Assembly: GCA_963807085.1 (NCBI GenBank) | Contig: CAWEBB010000032.1 | Location: forward strand, 38,146-102,145 | Length of the DNA stretch: 64,000 nucleotides | From: an uncultured Alphaproteobacteria bacterium | GTDB taxonomy: Bacteria; Pseudomonadota; Alphaproteobacteria; Bin95 | Direction: 5' to 3' | Part shown: piece by piece, positions 13,923 through 25,739 of the stretch | Layout of the letters: each line of letters opens with the position of its first letter | Position numbering within the stretch: the first letter of the stretch is position 1 | Position numbers and translations under genes: made by a program | Notes under the pieces: model-generated | Database searches by the model: none | Told to the model about the DNA's origin: nothing | What the model saw: the letters and a program-made list of their open reading frames with translations, nothing else

Positions 13923-14561
13923 TCAGGCCGCTGGCTTCCACCGGTCGCCCCAGACCGCCGCGATCTTCGGCCGGGCGGCGACGGCCTCGAACAGGCGCTC
14001 CAGCTTGGGCGTGTTCGCCGCGGTCCAGCCGGGCTGAGAGCCCCAGCGGGAGGCCACGGCCCAATAGATGTCAGTCAGGCAAAAGGTCTTGCCCAGCAGA
14101 TAGGGGCCGGGGTCGGTTAGCTGCGCCTCCATCCGCCGAAGCCGCTCCCGCCAGATCTCCCGCGCGACCCCGCGCGTCGCCTCGGCCTGATCGGGCGATG
14201 GCGCGAACCGCACCGGATAGTCCACGATTTCGATGATGGGATACAGCTCGGTCGCGGCAAAAGCCAGCCATCGGAGTGCCTTCTCCCGCGCGGGCGTGAC
14301 CCGGGGCGGCAGCAAGCCCGCCGCCGGGTGGCGGTCATCCAGGGAGAGCAGGATCGCCAGCGTCTCGGTTAGGGTGTCGCCTTCGGGGGTGATCAGCGCG
14401 GGCAGCTTGCCGTGCGGATTGACGGCCAAATAGGCCGGGTCGCGCTGGGCGTTCGCGCGCAGATCAACGGCGCGGACCTCAAATGGCGCGCCGCACTCCG
14501 CCAGCGTTGCTTCCACCATGGCGCCGCCCGAACGGATGAAGGTGTAAAGCGTATAGGCCAT
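13923..14561 (-). CDS. Glutathione S-transferase family protein
   Basis: GST N- and C-terminal domain pattern (MAYTLYTFIRSGGAMVEATL...NPHGKLPAL...). Confidence 0.7.
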   Translation of the reverse strand: MAYTLYTFIRSGGAMVEATLAECGAPFEVRAVDLRANAQRDPAYLAVNPHGKLPALITPEGDTLTETLAILLSLDDRHPAAGLLPPRVTPAREKALRWLAFAATELYPIIEIVDYPVRFAPSPDQAEATRGVAREIWRERLRRMEAQLTDPGPYLLGKTFCLTDIYWAVASRWGSQPGWTAANTPKLERLFEAVAARPKIAAVWGDRWKPAA

Positions 14562-14589
14562 GGCGCGTCCTCCGGATTACCAGCAGCAA

Positions 14590-15108
14590 CTATGCTCCCT
14601 CGGCCGGCGGAAAGCCTATGGGTACTGCCGTGTGCCCGGCCGCCTCGACGAACTTGGCAAAGTCCGCGGCGCTGATGGCCGTGGTGGCGTTGTTCACCAA
14701 TGGGTGGAAGTTCAGGGGCTCCATGGCGGCGAGCCGCTGGTCCAAGACAAAGGTCACGCGGTGGTCCGCGTCGTTGATCAGGCCGAAGGGCGAGACCGCG
14801 CCCGGCTCCACCCCCAGCACGGCCATCAGCAGGTCGGGCTTGCCGAACGAGAGGCGGCCCGCCGCCAGCGTCTTGGTCAGGGCCTTGAGATCGACGGCCG
14901 CGTCTTCCGCCGCCGTCACCAGCCAGAGGTCGCCTTTTTTGTTTTTCAGGAACAGGTTCTTGGAATGCCCGCCGGGCAGCGCGCCGCGCAGTTCCCGGCT
15001 TTCCGCGACGGTGAACACGGGCTCGTGCCAACGGGTTTCGTGCGCGATGCCCAGGTCATCCAAGCGGCGGAAAAGATCGTCTGGCGTCGCGGGGGGAGCC
15101 GCCGGCAC
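14590..15108 (-). CDS. YbaK/ProX-type prolyl-tRNA editing (aminoacyl-tRNA deacylase) domain protein
   Basis: ...HSKNLFLKNKKGDLWLVTAAEDAAVDLKAL...SPFGLIND... The probable start is GTG at 15108; the longer track ORF to 15450 runs into the next gene. Confidence 0.65.
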   Translation of the reverse strand: MPAAPPATPDDLFRRLDDLGIAHETRWHEPVFTVAESRELRGALPGGHSKNLFLKNKKGDLWLVTAAEDAAVDLKALTKTLAAGRLSFGKPDLLMAVLGVEPGAVSPFGLINDADHRVTFVLDQRLAAMEPLNFHPLVNNATTAISAADFAKFVEAAGHTAVPIGFPPAEGA

Positions 15109-15119
15109 CCGGGCGCCCT

Positions 15120-15680
15120 CTAAGAGCCCCAGGACCGGACCGGTCCGGTATCCACATGGATGAATTGGGATCTGGTGTAGAGACCCACGCCGCCATATTG
15201 CCGCGTCAACACCGCCTTGTGCGTGTCCTTGATGGAGCGGTCGAGCAGGCGGAAGTCGATGGCCTTGCCGTACATGTGATAGGAGTTTTTTGCGACCTTT
15301 GACGAGTTCGAGCGCAGCATCTCGTTGGTTTTGCGGGTGCGGTAGCCGCTGATGATCTCCGCCTTGCCCGATGATCCCATCCGATGGGACGTCCAGTAGA
15401 TGATATCTAGCGTCAAGGGGTCGATGAAGTGGGTCCGGTTGGCGCGCCAATCCCGCAGGAACCAGTTCAAGTCCTTCAGCGCTTCGCGGTCATACTGCCC
15501 ATCGCGCCAATAGTTGGCGTTGATCTTGTCGCCCGTATGGGTGCAGTGAAAGCGGACAAATCTGCTCTGAGACCAGGCGCCGGCCGGCCTGACGATAAAC
15601 GGCGCCGCCAGCAGGCCGCCTAAAACGGAGCGTCGTGCAATTTTTTCGTAGGATCCGGTCATCACTCTTTCTGTTGCCAT
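15120..15680 (-). CDS. DUF882 (YcbK-like, peptidase M15-type) protein with a Tat signal
   Basis: RRSVLGGLLAAP Tat-like signal; ISGYRT...NSYHMYGKAIDF...GGVGLY..FIHVDTGPVRSW closely resembles E. coli YcbK. Confidence 0.8.
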   Translation of the reverse strand: MATERVMTGSYEKIARRSVLGGLLAAPFIVRPAGAWSQSRFVRFHCTHTGDKINANYWRDGQYDREALKDLNWFLRDWRANRTHFIDPLTLDIIYWTSHRMGSSGKAEIISGYRTRKTNEMLRSNSSKVAKNSYHMYGKAIDFRLLDRSIKDTHKAVLTRQYGGVGLYTRSQFIHVDTGPVRSWGS

Positions 15681-15856
15681 TTGCTGCCATCATCGGGTGA
15701 AAGGCGTGTTCTTTCCCCCGCCCGCAGACGGCATATTTCCCAGCCTTTAAGCGACATTCTTATATCATCGCTGGCAAGCCGAGTCAGTATATAAGTTTAT
15801 ACTCTTAACAAGAGCCGACACCTGTCGGGTGCCTGCACCGCCGGCCCAACTGGTCG

Positions 15857-17059
<1,203 letters not shown>

Positions 17060-17191
17060 GGATTTGGTCCTTTGCAGGGTATCGAAACAAAAACGCGCGT
17101 AACCTATGCTTATGCTTCGGGCAGGGCAATGCGGTGTCAATGAATTGAGCCGCGGTGTGGCGAAGAGCGACAAGCCCGGCAGAATACGGGC

Positions 17192-18378
17192 CTAAGCGGC
17201 GTGCGGCCGTGTGAGCAGTGCAGGCGGATCCATGCCGATGCGCTCGCGCGCCCAGGTGCCGGCGAGCGATCCGAGGAAGCCCCAGATGAGCCACCACCAG
17301 CCGTGCAGGCTGCCGGAGACAAGCCCGCCCAGATAGGCGCCAATATTGCAGCCGTAGGCGAGGCGCGCGCCATACCCCATGAGCAGGCCGCCGAACACCG
17401 CGGTCGCCACGTCGCGGAGCGAAAGCTTCAGGTTGGGAGAGAACTTACCCGCTAGCGCCGCCGCCGCCATGGCGCCGAAGACGATGCCGAAATTCATGAC
17501 CGAGGTGCGGTCGGCGAAAATGCTTTCTCTTAATTGCGCCTGCCGCCAGTCCGGCGCCCAGTAGGTCCAGGTCTCCACCGGCGCGCCGGCGGCTGCCGCG
17601 GCCTTACCGCCCCACAGCGCGAAGCCGGAGGTGATGCCCCAGGGGCTGCCCAGCACGGCCATGGTGGCGATACTGACGGCCGCCAAGCACAGCGCCCCGG
17701 CGGTGAGCGACCAGGGGCCTTTGAGGAGGGATACGAGTCGGCCTGCGCGGCTCCAGCGAGCCGTGCCGCCGTTTCTCGATTATAACGCTTGCCGCGGCGA
17801 GCGCTGCCAGCACCAGCAGCATCACCAACAGGCCGGGGAAGGTGCCTGAATTCGCCCGGGATCCAGACGCCGGATGTGGTGCGGGGCAGGCCGGTCCAGA
17901 AATCCCAATGTGCCGTCGCCCAGACCGACCCGGCGACGAAAAACACCAGCGTCACCATCATGCGCGTGCTGCCGCCGCCGGAGGTGAACAGGGTCCCGGA
18001 GGCGCAGCCGCCGCCGAGTTGCATGCCGATGCCGAAGGTGAAGGCGCCGATGGCAGACGCCACGCCCATCGGCAGAATATAGCCGTTTGCAGGCAGGGCC
18101 ATCTCCCCGCCCCAAGCCATGAGCGGGAAGGTGAACAGGCAGGCGGCCGCGATCAGCAGCATTTGCGCGCGCAGGCCTGCCCCCCGCCGTTCGCGCACGA
18201 TGCGCCGCCAGGCGGCGGTGAAGCCGAACGAGGCATGGTAGAGGCCGGCACCCGCCACGCCGCCGATCAGCGCCGCCACGGCCAAGCGCCAGCCGCGCTC
18301 CCCGAGGCCGAGAACGGCGACGGCGGCAAGGCAGGTGAGCGCAATGGCGAGAACGATACGGTTCATGTTCTGCGTCAT
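17192..18378 (-). pseudogene. YeeE/YedE family (thiosulfate/sulfur-compound transporter) membrane protein, with at least two frameshifts near 17770-17850
   Basis: N-terminal half has MTQNMNRIVLAIAL...GGGCASGTLFTSGGG; C-terminal half has ...AVLGSPWGITSGFALWG...YGCNIGAYLGG. The middle is LVLAALAAASVIIEKRRHGSLE in a third frame. Confidence 0.75.
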
Positions 18379-18560
18379 CTGGTCGTTCTCCAATCTTGCC
18401 CTTAGATACGCGCCGGCTTTCGGCCCCGGCTGCTCAGGCTGAAATTGAAATTGGGCCGGTGGAACTCCTGAGGCGACAACATACCCTCGCCCCTGGGCTG
18501 GGGCGGTCACTTTCGGTAAAAGAGTCGCGACCCCTCCCTCGACAGACAGGAGCCATCGCC

Positions 18561-20265
18561 ATGGCCAACAACGCCGACCGCCCCAACCAGCTTTCCGGCG
18601 CGGAGGCGATGGTCAGCCTGCTGCGCTGCCATGGCGTCGATACGGTGTTCGGGCTCTGCGGCGATACCTCGTTGCCGTTCTACGATGCGCTCTACCGGAC
18701 AGGCCAGGATATCCGCCACGTGCTTGCCCGCGACGAGCGCTCCGCCGCCTATATGGCGGACGGCTATGCGCGCGTGACCGGCAAGGTCGGTATCTGCGAG
18801 GGGCCGAGCGGCGGCGGTGCCACCTACATCCTGCCGGGCGTGGTGGAGGCAAACGAAAGCTCTGTGCCGGTGTTCGCGATCACATCGGACATCTCCACGA
18901 CGGGTCGGGGCAAGTTCACGCTGACCGAACTGGACCAGCAGGCGCTGTTCAAGCCGCTGACCAAGTTCAACGCTACGGCGCATTCGGCGGCGATACCTGC
19001 CGGGCCAGGTTCGGGAGGCGTTCCGGCAGATGACGACCGGCCGGCCGGGCGCGGCGCATCTCTGCCTGCCGCTGGACGTGCAGTATCAGCCGGTTGACGC
19101 CGATCAGGTCTGGGGCGACGCCTCGTTCGGCGTCTGTCCGGCCCGCCCGCAGGGGTCGGACCCGGCGGCGATCCGCGAAGCGGCGGCGATGCTGAAGGGC
19201 GCCCGCTTCCCCCTGTTTGTCTGCGGCGGCGGCGTGGTGATCGCAGGCGGGGAGGCGGCGCTCGCCCGCTGTGCCGAGGCGCTTGACGCGCCGGTCGCGT
19301 CCACGATCTCCGGCCAGGGCTCGATCGGCGACGATCATCCGCTGGCGGTGGGCGTGGTGGGCTCGAACGGCGGCACCATGCCGACGCGGGGATTGATCTC
19401 ACAGGCGGATTGTGTGGTGTTCGTCGGCTGCCGGGCGGGTTCGGTCACCACCGAGCGCTGGCGCTATCCGAAGCCGGGCCAGGCAAAGATCGTCCATATC
19501 GACAGCGATCCGGCCACCATCGGCGCGATTTATCCGACCGATGTGGCGATCGCCGGCGACGCGCGCCTGGCGCTGGAGGCGCTGGCGGGGGCGGTGCAGG
19601 GGCCGGTGCAGGATCGCGGCGCGGCAGCCCTCGTTACCAAGGCGAAGGAGGAGAAATTCGCGGCCTTCGCCAGCCTGGCCATCAGCGACGACACGCCCAT
19701 CAAGCCGGAGCGGCTGGTGGCGACGCTGAACCGGGTGCTGGATTCGGACGCGGTGCTGGTCTGCGACCCTGGCACGCCCTGCCCCTATTTCAGCGCCTAT
19801 TACCAGAACCCGCTCACGGGCCGGCACTTCATCTCGAACCGGGCGCACGGAGCGCTTGGCTACGCGATGTCGGCAGCGGTGGGCGCGCATATCGGGCGGC
19901 CGGGCGTGAAGACGGTGGCGGTGATGGGCGACGGCTCGTTCGGCTTTACCTGCGGCGAGCTGGAGACGGTGACCCGGCTCAACCTGCCGATCACCTTCGT
20001 CGTGGTCTCGAATAGCGCGTTCGGCTGGATCAAGGCCGGGCAGCGGCACGGCTTCGACCGGCGCTTCTATTCCGTGGACTTCTCCCGCACGAACCATGCC
20101 GCGGTGGCAAGCGCGTTCGGCGTGAAGTCCTGGCGCGTGGAGGATCCGGCGGACCTGGAAGGCGCGTTGAAGCAGGCCGTGGCCCATGATGGGCCGTCTC
20201 TGGTCGACGTGATCTGCCAACCGCTGGACGAGGCAAAGGCGCCGGTCAGCGAATGGGTGGCGTGA
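18561..20265 (+). pseudogene. Thiamine-diphosphate-dependent enzyme (acetolactate-synthase-like large subunit family), with a frameshift at about nt 19010
   Basis: ThDP N-domain (GVDTVFGLCGDTS...GPSGGGATYILPG) then, in another frame, the central and ThDP-binding domains (GDGSFGF...). Confidence 0.75.
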
Positions 20266-20270
20266 GCGCC

Positions 20271-21032
20271 ATGGCCAACACCACCTGCCTGATCACGGGC
20301 TCGGCCTCCGGCATCGGGCGCGCGCTGGCCTTGCGCCTGGCGGGGCCGGGCGTGCGGCTGGTCCTGCACACCCGCCAAAACCGGAAGGGACTGGAAACAG
20401 TCGCCGCGGAAGCGCAGGCGAAGGGCGCGGAAACGGCTCTGGTTCTGGGCGACCTCTCGGATCCTGCGGCCTGCGACGGCCGCCGTCGACGCATGCGGCG
20501 GGCGAGCTCGATCTGGCTGGTCAGCAATGCGGGCTTTGCCGACAAGCGGCGGGTGGCCGAATTGCCGGCGGACGCCGTGCGCACGAGCCATGCCGGCATC
20601 ACCGACGCCTTCTTCCACCTGATCCGCGCGGCGCAACCCCTGCTCGCTGCTAGCAACCAGGGCCGGGTGGTGGCGGTCAGCTCCTTCGTTGCCCACCGCT
20701 TTCCGCCGAAAGGCACGCTATTTCCGGCTTCCGCCCAGGCCAAGGCGGGCCTGGAGGCGCTGGCGCTGGCGTTCGCGGCGGAAATGGCCGGGCATCGGGT
20801 GAGCGTGAACGTGGTTTCGCCCGGCTATATCCAGAAAGACACGGGCGCGCATTCGGCGCTCTCCGCCGGGCAGTTCCGGGAAATGGCAGATCGAATTCCC
20901 TTCGCCCGCCTTGGCGCGCCGGACGAGGTGGCGGCCACCATCGCCTTTCTGCTGCAACCGGAGGCCGCCTACATCACGGGGCAGGTGATCCACGTGGATG
21001 GGGGTTCGGGCCTCGCGCTGAGCGGAGTCTAG
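20271..21032 (+). CDS. SDR family oxidoreductase
   Basis: TGSASGIGRALA Rossmann motif; ...S..Y...K... catalytic pattern. Confidence 0.75.
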   Translation: MANTTCLITGSASGIGRALALRLAGPGVRLVLHTRQNRKGLETVAAEAQAKGAETALVLGDLSDPAACDGRRRRMRRASSIWLVSNAGFADKRRVAELPADAVRTSHAGITDAFFHLIRAAQPLLAASNQGRVVAVSSFVAHRFPPKGTLFPASAQAKAGLEALALAFAAEMAGHRVSVNVVSPGYIQKDTGAHSALSAGQFREMADRIPFARLGAPDEVAATIAFLLQPEAAYITGQVIHVDGGSGLALSGV

Positions 21033-21839
21033 CGATAGACCGGCCCCTCCCGCCAGCGGCGCTTGCTGCTGCCGCAAAGCCGGAACGGGTTCGGCAACCG
21101 GTCGGCGATCTTGCCGAGGCCGCCCGCCGCCTGCCCGTACGCGCAGGATCTCGCCGATGCGTGCGCGCATGAATTCGCCAGTCTTGTACTGGTCTTCGGA
21201 ATTGTCATTCAGCCAGTATAGCAACGTCGCCGAATACACGCCGGCGAGCAGCCCACGCTTGGTATAAAAATTAAAGTCGGTGGAGGTGTCGCCCGCAATC
21301 CGCCAGATCGCATCCACGGTATCCGCCAGGCTTTTCGCTGCCTCCGGCGCGTAACGGGGATCGGCCAGGACACGCAGACCCCTGCGCACCGCCTCCCGGT
21401 TCCCGGTCTGGCTCTCCAGCCGGACCTGGATGGCGATGGCGATTTTTTCGCGCGTGCGCATGTTTTCATAGACCGCCGGTTCGGTCTGCTCCAGGTCCGC
21501 CATTTCGGCGGCCATGTCCTCGTCAACGAACCGGATATAAGCGAGCACCGCGTCGATCGCGCCGCGGGGGAAGGCGCGTTCCGCGTCACCCTCGGCGAAG
21601 CCCGCTCGGGTTGCTGCCATGGCCAGCGTCTCGCGGCTCCATCCGTCGATGCTGACATCCGGCAGGGCAGCATCCAGGATATCCCGTTGCAGCGTCACGT
21701 TCGGGTCTTTCTCCGGCGTCTCGCCTTCACCGGCAGCGGAACCACCCGCTGCCGGACCCTCCCCTGCACCGCCGGCGGCCTCGCCGTGTTTTGGCTCACC
21801 CGTCTCTTCGGGGGCTGGGGTGTCATCTTCGTCTGCCAT
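21029..21839 (-). pseudogene. COQ9 family (ubiquinone biosynthesis accessory) protein, with a frameshift near its 3' end (about nt 21085)
   Basis: COQ9-like body (...RETLAMAATRAGF...AVLAYIRFVDEDM...RGLRVLADPRYAPEA...). GGAGG RBS before ATG 21839. Convergent with the SDR gene; their stops overlap by 4 nt. Confidence 0.6.
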
Positions 21840-21887
21840 CGAAGCATCCTCCGTTTTTCGGTACTTAGTCGGCTGAGTCACGAACCA

Positions 21888-22412
21888 TTAGGCGTTAGAT
21901 AGGGCGTATCGCGCGATTTCCTCATCAAATCCGATTTTGGACAGATCTTCCATGCGCATCGGGTAAAGAATGCCGTCCAGATGATCGACCTCGTGTTGCA
22001 GCACGCGCGCCATCATACCGCGCGCCTCGCCCTCGAAGGGCCGGCCATCGGCGCTCAGCGCCCGGAAGCGGACGGCAGTCCAGCGTGGCACTTGACCCCG
22101 CAGGCCGGGGATGGAGAGGCAGCCTTCCCAGCCCGAGACCTTTTCGTCGCCGATCGGCTCCAGTTCCGGGTTGATCATGGCGGTGACCTGGACCGCAGGC
22201 TCTTCACCCTCGCGCCGCTGTTCCGGTACGGAGACGAGTATGATCCGCCGGCTCTCATGCACCTGGGGCGCGGCCAGGCCGATCCCGCCGCGCATCGACC
22301 AGCGTCTCGTGCATGTCCCGGATCAGATCCTGAACGGCGGCGGCGTCGGCGACGGGCGCCGCCTTTGTCAGCAGGACCGGGTGGCCCATACGGGCGATTT
22401 TCCGGATGGTCA
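21888..22412 (-). pseudogene. def: Peptide deformylase, with a frameshift at about nt 22295
   Basis: Motifs GIGLAAPQV, EGCLSIPG and QHEVDHLDG. The N-terminal roughly 40 aa (MTIRKIARMGHPVLL...) are in another frame. Confidence 0.8.
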
Positions 22413-22557
22413 TCCCTTTCTCCTTTCGACAAATTTCGCTCTCATATCATCAAATGGATTGAATCGCTGCCAAAAACTGGTTAGATACCTGCAAATTCTG
22501 GCGGTTCACCGCCTGTGTTTCTGTGCCCTTCCAACTGAGACGGAGTGATTTCCCCTC

Positions 22558-22761
22558 GTGCAAGTGACTGTTCGCGACAACAATGTCGATCAAGCCCTAC
22601 GCGCCCTGAAGAAGAAACTGCAGCGTGAGGGCGTGTTCCGCGAAATGAAGCTACGCCGTTCCTACGAAAAGCCGTCGGAGCGCCGCGCACGGGAAAAGGC
22701 CGAGGCCGTCCGCCGCCACCGCAAGCTGCTGCGCAAGCGTCTGGAGCGCGAGGGCTACTAG
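22558..22761 (+). CDS. rpsU: 30S ribosomal protein S21
   Basis: [43 protein letters not shown]... GTG start. Confidence 0.9.
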   Translation: MQVTVRDNNVDQALRALKKKLQREGVFREMKLRRSYEKPSERRAREKAEAVRRHRKLLRKRLEREGY

Positions 22762-22799
22762 GTTTCGCTCCCCAGTAGGGTCTGCCTCATAGAAGTTAC

Positions 22800-22835
22800 G
22801 AACCCCGGTCGTTGCGCCGGGGTTTTCTGTTGCTG
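22800..22835. terminator. Rho-independent terminator for rpsU (and the convergent HAD gene)
   Basis: aaccccggtcgttgcgccggggtt hairpin followed by ttctgttgc. Confidence 0.6.
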
Positions 22836-23528
22836 CTATCTCAACAGGCGTGCTCGCAGCTCCCGCTCCAGTTCTTGCCAGCTTTCGGCCTGATGGTGGG
22901 CGGTGGGGATATGTCCTTGTAGCGCCCTCAGGCGCGGATGGCTGGAGAAGTGCAGGCGATGCACCGCCGCTGCATGCTGGGCGACGCTTTCGTGATGGTG
23001 GCCGATATCATCCACAAACGCCGCGGCAGCCTGGACCTGCTGAGCCAGCGCGCGCACGGTCGGGCCTTTCAGCCCGGCATTGGCGATGATCGGATAATCC
23101 ATTCCATGCTTTACCAGCGCCCGCGCCCTGTTCTCGCGCTGGGCCAGGGGCAAGTTAGAGAGCACCAGCACCTGCACGCCCTCCTTGCTGAGAGCTGCCA
23201 GCGAGGCGGCTGCGCCCTCAACCGCGGGAATGGTCTCGGTCTGCTCGGCAAAGAAGGTGCCGATCAGGAGGCGAACTTCCTCCGGCGACAATGCCGTATG
23301 ATCGCTCGGGCGGCGGATATTGCCGGTGAGCGCAAAGGTCTTCCAGTCATAATAATGGCCTTGTGTCTCCACAAAGCCGACAAAGGCGAGCATGAAATCG
23401 AACAGCACCTCGTCCGCGTCCGAAATCAACAACGGGCGGCCGGGGTCCAGCTTCAGGTCGGCAAGTTGCGGCCCGACATCCTTGTGCAGGTCGCTCAGTG
23501 GGTTCTGTTTTCCGAGCCAATTGGCCAT
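22836..23528 (-). CDS. HAD-superfamily hydrolase
   Basis: LISDADEVLFDF motif I; otherwise weak. Confidence 0.55.
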   Translation of the reverse strand: MANWLGKQNPLSDLHKDVGPQLADLKLDPGRPLLISDADEVLFDFMLAFVGFVETQGHYYDWKTFALTGNIRRPSDHTALSPEEVRLLIGTFFAEQTETIPAVEGAAASLAALSKEGVQVLVLSNLPLAQRENRARALVKHGMDYPIIANAGLKGPTVRALAQQVQAAAAFVDDIGHHHESVAQHAAAVHRLHFSSHPRLRALQGHIPTAHHQAESWQELERELRARLLR

Positions 23529-23691
23529 CCGTCGATCCTTAACACGTGGGGCCTCAGTCTAACCGGCGCGATCAATCCGGCGGCCTGTCAATATTACCCA
23601 ATTCGGCACTGCCGGTCACGCCGGCCGCTGGCGAAAACGGTAAGGCTTGTTATTCTGTGGCTCGAACCATTGCCATCAGGAAACTCTGCTC

Positions 23692-24708
23692 ATGACCACC
23701 ATTCCCGCCACCCACCGCCGCATTGTGCTCGCCTCCCGCCCGCAGGGCATGGTGAGCCTGGACAATTTCCGGCTGGAAGAGGTGCCGGTGCCGCAACCCG
23801 GCCCCGGCCAGATCCTGGTGCGCCAGATCTACCAATCTCTCGACCCCTATATGCGCGGACGCATGAATGACGGCCCCAGTTATGCGCCGCCGGTGCAGAT
23901 CAATGAAGTGATGGAGGCGGGCGGCGTCGGCGAGGTGGTCGCCTCCCAGCATCCCGACTGGCAGGTCGGCGACGTGGTCGAGGGCAGGCTTGGCTGGCAG
24001 GAATATTGCGTGCCGCCCTATACGCGCCTGCGCAAGATCGACCCCGGTCTGGCGCCGATTTCCACGGCGAATGGGGTGCTGGGCATGCCGGGCATGACCG
24101 CCTATTTCGGCTTTCTGGAGGTGGGCCGGCCACAGCCGGGCGACACGGTGGTGGTTGCGGCCGCATCGGGCGCGGTCGGCGCCGTTGTCGGTCAGATCGC
24201 GCGGATCATGGGCTGCCGGGTGGTTGGCATCGTCGGCAGCCAGGCCAAGGCTGACTATATCGTGAACGAGTTGGGTTTCGACGCCGCCATCAACTACCGC
24301 ACAGACGACCTGATGCAGGCGCTGGGCCGGGAGTGCCCTAACGGCATCGACGTCTATTTCGAGAATGTCGGCGGCGCGGTCTGGGATGCCGTGGTCGAGC
24401 ATCTGGCCATCGGCGCGCGGGTGGCCGTCTGCGGGCGGATCGCCGAATACAATCTGGACGAGCCGGAACTGGTGCCGCGCAATTTGCGCTTCTTCATCCC
24501 GAAGCGCGTGCGCATGCAAGGCTTTCTTGTCTTCGACTTCGCGGGCCGCTGGCCGGAGGCGCTGGAGCGCATGGCGCGCTGGATCGAGTCGGGAGAGATA
24601 AAATACCGGGAGGACGTGGTCGAAGGGATCGAGAACGCGCCCGCCGCATTCCTGCGCCTGTTCAGCGGCGAGAATTTCGGCAAGCTCCTGGTGAAAATGG
24701 GCGATTGA
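23692..24708 (+). CDS. NADP-dependent oxidoreductase of the MDR/zinc-ADH superfamily (YncB / prostaglandin-reductase-like)
   Basis: ...AAASGAVGAVVGQIAR... Rossmann motif; overall MDR layout. Confidence 0.75.
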   Translation: MTTIPATHRRIVLASRPQGMVSLDNFRLEEVPVPQPGPGQILVRQIYQSLDPYMRGRMNDGPSYAPPVQINEVMEAGGVGEVVASQHPDWQVGDVVEGRLGWQEYCVPPYTRLRKIDPGLAPISTANGVLGMPGMTAYFGFLEVGRPQPGDTVVVAAASGAVGAVVGQIARIMGCRVVGIVGSQAKADYIVNELGFDAAINYRTDDLMQALGRECPNGIDVYFENVGGAVWDAVVEHLAIGARVAVCGRIAEYNLDEPELVPRNLRFFIPKRVRMQGFLVFDFAGRWPEALERMARWIESGEIKYREDVVEGIENAPAAFLRLFSGENFGKLLVKMGD

Positions 24709-24743
24709 GCCGTTGTCGGCAGCCGCTCGCGGTCCGCCCGCGC

Positions 24744-25664
24744 CTACCGCCGCTCGCGCCGGTCTTCCGGCACGACGGTGCGCGCGACCGAGGCATCCAA
24801 TGCCTCAAAGTCGTGATAGCCGATGGTTTCGTATAGCTCGGCCCGGGTCTGCATCTGGTCCAGGTGGCCGAACAGCGTGTCTTTCTCGGCCAGTTCCGCG
24901 TAGCAGCGTTCCATCGCCTTGGCCGCAACGCGCATGGAGGACACCGGCCAGATCACCAGCTTGCAGCCCATTTCCTCGAACTCGCTGGCGGTGAAATAGG
25001 GCGTTTTGCCGAATTCCGTCATGTTCGCCATGAACGGTGCGCCGCACTCCGCCGCGAAACGTCGGAAGTCCTCCGCATCCGTCACGCCGTCGGCAAAGGC
25101 AATGTCTGCGCCTGCCTCGATATAAGCTTTGGCGCGGGCGATGCCGCCGTCGAGCCCTTCGTTCGCCACCGCGTCGGTGCGGGCGACGATGCGCAGGTGG
25201 GTGCGTGCCTTGCGGGCTGCCGCTACTTTTTCGCACATCTCCTCGGTCGAGACGAGCTGTTTGCCGTTCAGGTGGCCGCATTTCTTGGGCAGTACCTGAT
25301 CTTCCATCTGCATGGCGGCAGCGCCCGCTGTCTCCAGCTCACGCACCGTGCGCATGACGTTCATGACCTCGCCATAACCGGTGTCGGCATCCACCAGAAT
25401 GGGCAGGCGGGTTGCACGGTAGATCGTGCGGGTGAAGAAGCAGAGTTCTTCCAGGCTGAGGATACCCACGTCGGGAATGCCCAGCGAAGCCGTCACCGCC
25501 GCACCGCTCACATAAAGACAGTCGAATCCGGCCCTTTTCGCCAACAGCCCAGCCATGGCGTTGTGCGCGCCCGGGATGCGGACGATGCCGGGCCGTTCGA
25601 CCAATGCGGCAAAACGGTCGCCGGGGCGTTGTTTCGGCCAGTCGGCGGCTTCCAACCAGGTCAT
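24744..25664 (-). CDS. Isocitrate lyase/PEP mutase family protein (methylisocitrate lyase PrpB-like / carboxyvinyl-carboxyphosphonate phosphorylmutase-like)
   Basis: ...VDADTGYG... and KKCGH motifs. Confidence 0.75.
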   Translation of the reverse strand: MTWLEAADWPKQRPGDRFAALVERPGIVRIPGAHNAMAGLLAKRAGFDCLYVSGAAVTASLGIPDVGILSLEELCFFTRTIYRATRLPILVDADTGYGEVMNVMRTVRELETAGAAAMQMEDQVLPKKCGHLNGKQLVSTEEMCEKVAAARKARTHLRIVARTDAVANEGLDGGIARAKAYIEAGADIAFADGVTDAEDFRRFAAECGAPFMANMTEFGKTPYFTASEFEEMGCKLVIWPVSSMRVAAKAMERCYAELAEKDTLFGHLDQMQTRAELYETIGYHDFEALDASVARTVVPEDRRERR

Positions 25665-25739
25665 TGCGTGGGTGCTCCGTTGCGTTTGGTAGGATTTGGC
25701 GCGACAGTGCCCGGCAATATGTCACGAGGGAACCCCAGA

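Noticed and set aside
14590-15450. 286-aa ORF on the minus strand as one protein
   Set aside because: Only the C-terminal roughly 170 aa match the YbaK/ProX domain; the N-terminal part overlaps the DUF882 gene in another frame.
18396-18560. N-terminal extension of the ThDP enzyme (track start 18396)
   Set aside because: The conserved N-terminus begins at MANNADRPNQLSGAEAMVSLL. The upstream extension overlaps the yeeE start region and has no family support.
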